A stretch of 59,279 nt of DNA, filler included. It is 4 parts of 4 records of this genome, joined end to end, with 100 filler letters (N's around TTAATTAATTAA, not from the genome) between each part and the next. Parts side by side here need not be neighbours in the genome. Positions count along the whole stretch, not along the records: positions 34,214 to 52,989 come from DRR378314_475; positions 53,090 to 59,279 come from DRR378314_482; 2 more parts are not named here. The stretch is one strand, 5' to 3'. A program made the translations under genes and the position numbers. Below are positions 52,265-59,279 of this stretch, piece by piece. Each line of letters starts with the position of its first letter. The first letter of the stretch is position 1. Under the pieces are notes generated by a model, which saw only the letters and a program-made list of their open reading frames with translations, ran no database searches and was not told where the DNA came from.

Positions 52265-52894
52265 ATGAACTTAATAGACCATCTTAATTGGCGATATGCC
52301 ACAAAAATGTTCGACCCAAAAAGAAAAGTAAGCGAGCAAGACCTGGAATATCTAAAAGAAGCCATAAGGCTTTCCGTATCGTCCTATGGCCTGCAACTGT
52401 ATAAGGTATTGATCATTGAAAACGATGAAATCAGGGCAGCACTGCGAAAAGCCTCTTGGGACCAATCGCAAATTACCGACGCATCCCAGCTCTTCGTTTT
52501 TTGTAATTATACTCTTGACTATGATCGGCACGTAGATGATTTTATACAACGAATTATGACTGCTCAAGGGAATTCGTCCGAAGGTATAAAAGAGTATGGG
52601 GAATTCATTAAGACCAGTATCGCAAAGATGTCCGCTGAAGATCGGAAAAGCTGGTCGGAAAAGCAGACCTATCTGGCCTTGAACAACCTTCTAATTGCCT
52701 GCGCAGAGCTAAAAATAGACGCCTGTCCCATGGAAGGGTTTAACAACCAGGCCTACAATCAAATACTGGGATTGGATGAGCTAGGACTAAATGCAGCCGT
52801 GATAGCCCCAGTAGGTTATAGATCTGCTTCGGACAAAACACAGAATAGAAAAAAGGTTAGAAAAACCAAGGAAGAATTGTTTCAAACTGCCTAA
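52265..52894 (+). CDS. Nitroreductase (NfsB-like) NAD(P)H-dependent oxidoreductase
   Basis: WRYATKMFD, SSYGLQ, IDACPMEGF, VGYR, KVRK. Confidence 0.92.
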   Translation: MNLIDHLNWRYATKMFDPKRKVSEQDLEYLKEAIRLSVSSYGLQLYKVLIIENDEIRAALRKASWDQSQITDASQLFVFCNYTLDYDRHVDDFIQRIMTAQGNSSEGIKEYGEFIKTSIAKMSAEDRKSWSEKQTYLALNNLLIACAELKIDACPMEGFNNQAYNQILGLDELGLNAAVIAPVGYRSASDKTQNRKKVRKTKEELFQTA

Positions 52895-52989
52895 CTAACA
52901 TGAATTCAACATAAAAAATAATTACAAGACATTGATTTAGTGCAAATTAAAAAATTACTACTGTCTCCTCGAGCCTGCCTCCGGAAGGC

Positions 52990-53089
52990 NNNNNNNNNNN
53001 NNNNNNNNNNNNNNNNNNNNNNNNNNNNNNNNNTTAATTAATTAANNNNNNNNNNNNNNNNNNNNNNNNNNNNNNNNNNNNNNNNNNNN
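52990..53089. other. Artificial contig-joining spacer
   Basis: N44-TTAATTAATTAA-N44. Confidence 0.98.
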
Positions 53090-53090
53090 C

Positions 53091-54032
53091 GATTTTTATG
53101 TGGGCAGTTATGCCATAGGTGACCGTACCCGTGCCTTTTTAAAGGTTCAGGACGGTTGCGATTATAAATGCACCTACTGTACCATTCCGTTGGCGCGAGG
53201 GATTTCACGTAGCGATACTTTGGACAATGTGCTGAACAATGCCAAAGAAATTGCTTCCCAAAATATTAAAGAAATCGTTTTAACGGGCGTGAACATTGGC
53301 GACTACGGAAAAGGGGAGTTCGGCAACAAAAAGCACGAACATACTTTTTTGGATTTGGTAAAGTCCTTGGATACCATTGATAATATTGATCGTCTTCGTA
53401 TCTCTTCCATTGAGCCCAATTTGCTCAAAAATGAAACTATCGATTTTGTGGCCGAAAGCAATTCCTTTGTGCCTCATTTCCACGTTCCATTACAAAGCGG
53501 AAGCGACGCTATCTTAAAAAAGATGCGCCGCCGTTATTTGTCCAATTTGTATGTGGATAGGGTAAAACGCATCAAAACTGCCATGCCACATGCTTGTATT
53601 GGGGTGGATGTAATTGTTGGCTTCCCAGGGGAAACCGACGAGCATTTCTTGGAGACGTATCATTTCTTGAACGAATTGGATATTTCTTACCTACACGTTT
53701 TTACGTATTCCGAAAGGGATAATACCGTGGCGGCCGAAATGGATGGAGTGGTTCCCAAAAAAGTGCGCAGTAAGCGCAGCAAGATGCTCCGGGGGCTATC
53801 AGCCAAAAAGCGTAGGGCTTTTTATGAGAGTCAGTTGGGAAGTATACGGACCGTTTTGTTCGAAGGGGAGAACAAAAAAGGATACATTCACGGATTTACC
53901 GAAAACTATGTAAAGGTAAAAGCGCCATGGGACCCTACTTTGGTGAATACCTTGCACCAAGTGGAGCTTACCGATATTGATGATGATGGTCTGGTGCGAT
54001 TTGAATTTGTGCCCAACGAAATTATGGCATAA
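53091..54032 (+). CDS. mtaB: tRNA t6A37 methylthiotransferase MtaB, 5'-truncated
   Basis: RTRAFLKVQDGCDYKCTYCTIP radical SAM motif, RISSIEP, LQSGSD, DVIVGFPGET, HVFTYSER, GFTENY. Confidence 0.9.
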   Translation, partial: DFYVGSYAIGDRTRAFLKVQDGCDYKCTYCTIPLARGISRSDTLDNVLNNAKEIASQNIKEIVLTGVNIGDYGKGEFGNKKHEHTFLDLVKSLDTIDNIDRLRISSIEPNLLKNETIDFVAESNSFVPHFHVPLQSGSDAILKKMRRRYLSNLYVDRVKRIKTAMPHACIGVDVIVGFPGETDEHFLETYHFLNELDISYLHVFTYSERDNTVAAEMDGVVPKKVRSKRSKMLRGLSAKKRRAFYESQLGSIRTVLFEGENKKGYIHGFTENYVKVKAPWDPTLVNTLHQVELTDIDDDGLVRFEFVPNEIMA

Positions 54033-54059
54033 AAAAACCTCCCGATTGAGGAGGCTTCT
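54031..54059. terminator. Probable terminator between convergent genes
   Basis: AAAAAAA-CCTCC-CGATTGA-GGAGG-CTTCT. Confidence 0.55.
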
Positions 54060-54091
54060 TAAAACTTTTAGGTACTGATAGTTGGCATTGG

Positions 54092-54385
54092 TCAGATGCG
54101 GATACCAACAGGTAACATTTCCTTGTATTGCCTGTTTTTTCTCAAAAAGCCTGCAATTTGAGGGCTCGTAGGTACAACTCTTAGGTTGTTTTCCTGAATT
54201 TCGTTTAAAACGGCTTTGATAAAATCCTCTTTAAACCCCTCATTTGTAATTTCCTCTGGAATAACCAGCTTGGTCAAAAATACTTTGCGCTCCTGTGAAG
54301 AGTACTCAATTTTGGCTAAATGCCCATTGACAGTAGTTTCAAATTGACGCAAGAAACTATTGTCAGTGATTTCCAATGTTGTCAT
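54092..54385 (-). CDS. Small GNAT-like (YjdJ-type) protein
   Basis: QFE..V.G.LA.IEY, LRVVPTSP.I..F. Confidence 0.75.
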   Translation of the reverse strand: MTTLEITDNSFLRQFETTVNGHLAKIEYSSQERKVFLTKLVIPEEITNEGFKEDFIKAVLNEIQENNLRVVPTSPQIAGFLRKNRQYKEMLPVGIRI

Positions 54386-54551
54386 ATAGTACTTGTTTTT
54401 TTAAATGACTCTTAGAACTACCTAGAAAAAGGTATTTCTGTGTCCCCCTGATTAAAAAATCGTATTCATTAGGCGGGGTTGGCTGCAAAAGGGATACAAA
54501 ATTAGTCAAAATATTGTTAATTTCCTAGCCCTTGTCGATATTTGGCACGAA

Positions 54552-55214
54552 ATGTCCGATAATAAAACCCATGTGTACCTGATGCCGGGAATGGCAGCCA
54601 ATGCTTCCATTTTTGAAAACATCAACCTTCCGGAAAGTCGATTTGTGACCCACACTTTGGAGTGGTTTGTACCCGAAAAGGGGATGAGTTTGGTTGATTA
54701 TGCCAAAAAGATGTGCGAAAAAATCGAGGAGCCCGATCCTGTTTTGTTGGGTGTTTCCTTTGGTGGAATGTTGGTGCAGGAAATGGCCAAAATTATTCCA
54801 GTACAGAAAATCATTGTTGTGTCATCGGTAAAAAGCAAGCACGAGTTGCCCAAAAGGATGATTTTTGCCAAGTACACCAAGGTGCACAAATTGTTGCCCA
54901 CGGGATTGGTGAACAATGTAGAACTGTTGGCGAAATATGCTTTTGGTGAAACCGTGACCAAGCGCTTGCACCTCTATGAAAAGTATTTATCCGTTCGCGA
55001 TAAATATTATATTGATTGGTCCATCGACCAGATTGTAAACTGGAATCAACTTGTTCCACCAAAAAATGTGGTTCATATCCAAGGAGAGCGGGATGCTGTT
55101 TTTCCAATAGCCAATATCAAGGATAGCATTACGGTCAAGAATGGCACCCATACCATGATAATTCACCGAGCCAAGTGGTTCAATGAGCATCTCCACACAA
55201 TTATTTTGGAATAA
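54552..55214 (+). CDS. Alpha/beta hydrolase
   Basis: MPGMAA, GVSFGG nucleophile, HIQGERDAVFP, GTH. Confidence 0.88.
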   Translation: MSDNKTHVYLMPGMAANASIFENINLPESRFVTHTLEWFVPEKGMSLVDYAKKMCEKIEEPDPVLLGVSFGGMLVQEMAKIIPVQKIIVVSSVKSKHELPKRMIFAKYTKVHKLLPTGLVNNVELLAKYAFGETVTKRLHLYEKYLSVRDKYYIDWSIDQIVNWNQLVPPKNVVHIQGERDAVFPIANIKDSITVKNGTHTMIIHRAKWFNEHLHTIILE

Positions 55215-55261
55215 TTTCGTCTATATAATAGTATCTTTACGGTACTTTAAAATGAATAGCT

Positions 55262-56230
55262 ATGAAATACATTAAAAATATACTTGCCATAATAGGATTG
55301 ATTGCTGTAGGAAGCACATTGATTTTTGCTGTGCAGTCAAGTGAAACAGAGGAAAGTCCTTTGATAAAGGAGTATAAAGCCGAATCTACGGATAAAAATG
55401 TAGCAGATACCTATCAGATTAGCGCCATCGAAATTCCTAAGGATTTAAATTTTGCGGGAGAACCGGTTCCACAAGAAGATCCTGAAATTATGGAGCGAGT
55501 AGACCGTGAGTTTTTGGTAAACACCTATTGGCAGTCCAATGCCCTTTTGTTGATGAAGCGGGCCAATAAATATTTCCCGATAATCGAGCCCATTCTTAAA
55601 AAGAATGGCATCCCGGATGATTTTAAATACCTGGCCGTCGCCGAAAGTGGATTGGAAAACGTGGTTTCCCCGGCAGGTGCCACAGGTTTTTGGCAAATTA
55701 TGAAAGGCACTGGGCGGGAATATGGCCTTGAGGTGAACGATAATGTGGATGAACGCTATCACATAGAAAAAGCTACCCAAGTAGCTTGTGACTACCTGAA
55801 CAAGTGGAAAGACCGATTTGGAAGTTGGACCTTGACAGCGGCTGCTTACAACGCGGGACCTGCCGGTATACAAAAATATATGGGCATACAACAAGTGGAT
55901 GATTACTACGATTTGCTCTTGGGGCAGGAGACCGGACGTTACGTATTCCGTATTTTGGCCATTAAGGAGATTATTTCCAATCGTGACAAGTATGGTTTCC
56001 AATTGGAAGAAGAGGATATGTATGAAAAGGTGCCAACTTTTAAAGTGGAAGTAGATTCTGTGGTAACCAATTGGGCCGATTTTGCGGAGCTTTATGAAAT
56101 CAACTACAAAGTGTTGAAGCGCCACAACCCTTGGTTGCGCGAACCGCACTTGAACAATGCTTCCCGTAAAAAATATACCATCGAAATCCCGAATAAAGGG
56201 TACTATCGGGTAGGGAATGCAGGGAAGTAG
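55262..56230 (+). CDS. Lytic murein transglycosylase (SLT, MltD-like)
   Basis: YLAVAESG, SPAGATGFWQIM, VDERYH, AAYNAG, ETGRYV, LKRHNPWL. Confidence 0.92.
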   Translation: MKYIKNILAIIGLIAVGSTLIFAVQSSETEESPLIKEYKAESTDKNVADTYQISAIEIPKDLNFAGEPVPQEDPEIMERVDREFLVNTYWQSNALLLMKRANKYFPIIEPILKKNGIPDDFKYLAVAESGLENVVSPAGATGFWQIMKGTGREYGLEVNDNVDERYHIEKATQVACDYLNKWKDRFGSWTLTAAAYNAGPAGIQKYMGIQQVDDYYDLLLGQETGRYVFRILAIKEIISNRDKYGFQLEEEDMYEKVPTFKVEVDSVVTNWADFAELYEINYKVLKRHNPWLREPHLNNASRKKYTIEIPNKGYYRVGNAGK

Positions 56231-56303
56231 GTTTTGGCTACTTGTTGTTTTTAGTTTGAAAGTAGTGGGGATGACCTTTTCATAAGCCTGTAAAAAGGTT
56301 GAT

Positions 56304-56934
56304 TTAGGGTGTAGAATTGATAATTCTGAGCTTTAATGCATCAAAAGAATCACTTCTTATCCCAATGAGCCCATATTTGGTTTCTCCTTTTTTAATAACT
56401 GTGCCTTTCAGGTTATACTCCAACAGTTCAGTCTTGAATTTTTTGTTGGCCGAGCCGGCGGCTATCATATTTCCACCGGCTAACCCAGGCCCCAACACTA
56501 ACCCAATGGGAGTGGAACTTGTTTCTTCTGGAATACCATATGAATTTGTTTTTGAGACTGTAAGGTTTAGGGGAGTCAAAAGTAAGTACCACAGGTATGA
56601 CGTGAGACTTTGTTTTAAGGTTTTATATTTTCCATTACATAAGCACCATTTCCATTTTCGTACTCTAATGTCACATCTTCGCCAAATATTACATCCCTGT
56701 CCGAGTTGTTGGTAATTTTAATGGCGACCAGTTTAACTTCTTTCTTCTGTTCTTTTTTCTCATATTTCTTGTCTAACAAGTCATACTTGTATTCTTGTAT
56801 TGAAGAGTCAATCCTCCAGTTTTATTATTGGAAATGTAGTTGATTGCTTTTGGTTGAATCATTCTATAGCCGGAAGCACAGCCTGTCAAGCATAAAATGA
56901 TAATGAAAAGAGCGAAAGTTTTAATGAATTTCAT
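56304..56934 (-). pseudogene. Lipoprotein pseudogene (two frameshifts)
   Basis: Lipobox LTGC; 8-nt tandem duplication CTTGTATTCTTGTATT at 56786-56801 shifts frame; second shift near 56625 before YKTLKQS...YLWYLLLTP. Confidence 0.7.
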
Positions 56935-57163
56935 ATGGTTGTTTATTAATAGATTGGTCTTGGTCATCGCTTGGAAATTTGGAACGAGCGGCGAAGAAAT
57001 GAGAAAACAGAGAAAAAAAGCACCTACAATTGACGAATGCCCCATATCAATTGACGGATTTGAGTTTTGTATGAATTTAACTAATAAGGATGCGGCCAGT
57101 TTACGAATATGAGGTGTTTATCGTGTGGAAATTATGGGAGCTAGGTGCTTGCGCTAATTCTCT

Positions 57164-57823
57164 TTAGTATTTGAGGAGAAAGTAAGGCGAAGGAAAATAC
57201 GTTTCTACCTTTGGTAGTAATGCTGGCGAAACGTATCCCCAATCGGAATATCCAGCATCAATGGCTGCTTGGGTAAGGATTTGTAAATGCACATGGCAAA
57301 ACCACCCGCCGCTATCACTTTCCTGCCCTATGTGCGCAAACTGTTGACCTGCCTTTATTTTTTCCCCAACATTGACCAAGTGCGGTGTTTTCAAGTGCCC
57401 ATACAAGGAATAAAAGACGACACCGTTGATGTCATGTTTTAGGATGATGTAGCCTCCATAGTTACCCACTGTAGTTTCTTTTCCTGTTTTATAGACCTCG
57501 GCATCCAGGGGAGCATACATTGGGGTGTCATACGGTACGATAATATCCAGACCGAGATGATAATACCGTTGTTCCTCGATAATATTGGGGTAAGCCCGTA
57601 GCAGGGTTTTACGTTCTTCAAGGTATCGACCAATGCCCCATTGGTGGGCAGATGCCTCCAACTCATCAAAAATCATGGCATTGAACTGTTTGAAATCAGT
57701 AAGGTTGTATTCCAGTGTTTTTGGGTTGTTAGAGGAGAAATCAAAGATGTAAGGCTTTCCTTTTAGGAAATCACTAAATAGGGGGTGGATGTTGACGCCG
57801 TTGAGGTTGAGGGGGTAATACAT
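57164..57823 (-). CDS. M23 family metallopeptidase
   Basis: HLGLD (HxxxD), GNYG, LYGHL, HVHLQ (HxH). Confidence 0.88.
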   Translation of the reverse strand: MYYPLNLNGVNIHPLFSDFLKGKPYIFDFSSNNPKTLEYNLTDFKQFNAMIFDELEASAHQWGIGRYLEERKTLLRAYPNIIEEQRYYHLGLDIIVPYDTPMYAPLDAEVYKTGKETTVGNYGGYIILKHDINGVVFYSLYGHLKTPHLVNVGEKIKAGQQFAHIGQESDSGGWFCHVHLQILTQAAIDAGYSDWGYVSPALLPKVETYFPSPYFLLKY

Positions 57824-57879
57824 GGGTGAAAGGTAGTGTGAAAAAAAAGAAGAGAATCAAAATAGTGCTTTTTGCCTGG

Positions 57880-58085
57880 ATTGGCACTTATCGTTTTTGT
57901 ATATGGCAAGTAGGGCAGTAGAATCGATGAACTTTCAAGTTTGCTCTGGGCCAAAACGTTGTATTTTTGTTTTTAATTTATTCATTCTTAAAAGCCAAAT
58001 CAACGATTTGGCGGTGTTTGTAAATAGCACTGAACTTTCGTAAACCACTGAACGCCCTATTTGCTATATACCGCGTTGACAACTG
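57880..58085 (-). repeat. Intergenic palindromic repeat, attC-like, family B (long copy)
   Basis: 18-nt inverted arms 57899-57916 / 58054-58071 (16/18), inner hairpin 57994-58012, 9-nt direct repeat TGAACTTTC at 57928 and 58031. Confidence 0.8.
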
Positions 58086-59233
58086 TTTTCTACTTTATTT
58101 ATTTGATTTAGTAATATGTCATCTATTTCCGATTTATCACTATATTCAATAACTGGCAAAACCCAAGGGTATTTTGAAATGTGGTCATACATTCCCCAAG
58201 GTTTATAACCTTTTTGAATTATAGGAATTACTTTCACTGAAGGTATACTTTCAACGATTGTCACCAATTCTTGGGGTATACTTTTTGGGTCGGTAATATC
58301 TGCTACAATAAATTTACTCAATCTAGCTAATGTTGTGATTGTTTCTAGTGTAGAACGATTTGAAGGATTTTCGAAATCAAATATTATTGGTACAAATCCA
58401 TGATTTCTTAATATGTTTTTTGTGTGTTCAAGTTTTTCCTTTCTTTCAGAGGTAAATCTACCAAGAATCAAAACAGCCTTTGAAGTAACAGTTTCAATGA
58501 TATCTTTAATTTCTTCATTTTGTAAGAGTAAATAAATGAACTGTGCAATTTTAATATTATCAAGGGTTATAATGGGCTCTTTTTCTTTGGTAATTATCAG
58601 GTCTTTTTGAATTGTATGATTATTAGTTTTTATGTTCCAAGTAGACACTCCGAAGACATTTGCATAAGATAAATCAGCATTTGACAGTTCTGCATCCACA
58701 AATAAGCAACCTATCAACAAAGTGTTTTTTAAATTAGCACCATCAAGAATAGCTTTTGTGAAATTGCAATTTGTTAAATCAGCATTTTCAAAGTTAGAAT
58801 TTGTTAGGGTACAATTATTAAACTCGCAACCACCTAATTCAGAATTTTTGAAATTTGCATTTGTAAGGTCAGAATCATAGAATTTACAGTCATATGTTAA
58901 CCAATTAGTCATTGTTGAATTACTGAAATTGGCATTGCATGCTTGCATTCCACTGGCTTGAACATCATTTAGGTTTGCTTCAATAAATATTGCCTCGTCG
59001 GCATGAACGTCTTGTAAATTTGTGTTTTCCAAATTCGCAAATGAAAAATTAGTCCGCCATAAATTTGCTGCATATAAGTTGGCATCTTTAAGGTTGAAAT
59101 ATGATAAATCCATATGTTCAAGATCAGCCCTTATTAATTGAGGTATAATGTTGGGGTTTTTAGCCCTCCATTCATTCCAAAAGTCTTTACCTTTTAAAAG
59201 GGATTCAATATGTTCTGGATTAGGCTTGGTCAT
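58064..59233 (-). CDS. Pentapeptide-repeat protein with C-terminal alpha/beta (TIR/NDT-like) domain
   Basis: N-cap EH...L.KG...WNEWR, long A(N/D)LxX repeats, then VLILGRF...FIVADITDPKSIPQEL...VIPII. Confidence 0.85.
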   Translation of the reverse strand: MTKPNPEHIESLLKGKDFWNEWRAKNPNIIPQLIRADLEHMDLSYFNLKDANLYAANLWRTNFSFANLENTNLQDVHADEAIFIEANLNDVQASGMQACNANFSNSTMTNWLTYDCKFYDSDLTNANFKNSELGGCEFNNCTLTNSNFENADLTNCNFTKAILDGANLKNTLLIGCLFVDAELSNADLSYANVFGVSTWNIKTNNHTIQKDLIITKEKEPIITLDNIKIAQFIYLLLQNEEIKDIIETVTSKAVLILGRFTSERKEKLEHTKNILRNHGFVPIIFDFENPSNRSTLETITTLARLSKFIVADITDPKSIPQELVTIVESIPSVKVIPIIQKGYKPWGMYDHISKYPWVLPVIEYSDKSEIDDILLNQINKVENSCQRGI

Positions 59234-59279
59234 TCTTTATAATAGTTGCTAACGATTAGCTAAACATCGTTTCAATACT

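Noticed and set aside
57763-57954. 63-aa ORF overlapping the family B repeat and M23 start
   Set aside because: Low-complexity alternative frame; no RBS or motif

Overview
This window is not one locus. It is four contigs joined by three identical artificial 100-nt spacers (N44-TTAATTAATTAA-N44). Taxonomy below is inferred from gene content and composition only. (1) 1-20627 is Halomonas-like gammaproteobacterial chromosome: arfB, corA, mmsA with a LiuR-type box, a TRAP transporter, a TPP-riboswitch-controlled SSS transporter, a Cys-less proline-racemase-family enzyme and a large repeat-built AsmA-like protein. (2) 20728-34113 is Roseobacter-like Rhodobacteraceae DNA: an IS1202/ISNCY-type element with a passenger gene, aroQ, tsf-rpsB, olsBA, chpT, proBA, obgE and part of rpmA. 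(3) 34214-52989 is AT-rich Flavobacteriaceae accessory DNA. (4) 53090-59279 is Flavobacteriaceae DNA with mtaB, a lytic transglycosylase, an M23 peptidase and a pentapeptide-repeat gene. The most interesting signal is in contigs 3 and 4. Small unrelated genes are separated by degenerate palindromic repeats, and the ~10-15 nt just upstream of several genes is reverse-complementary to the sequence at that gene's own 3' end. This is the signature of integron-type gene cassettes (attC R'/R'' pairing), although no integrase is in view. One such cassette encodes a pentapeptide-repeat protein fused to a putative TIR/NDT-like domain, a candidate defence gene. All alignments and identity counts were made by eye.
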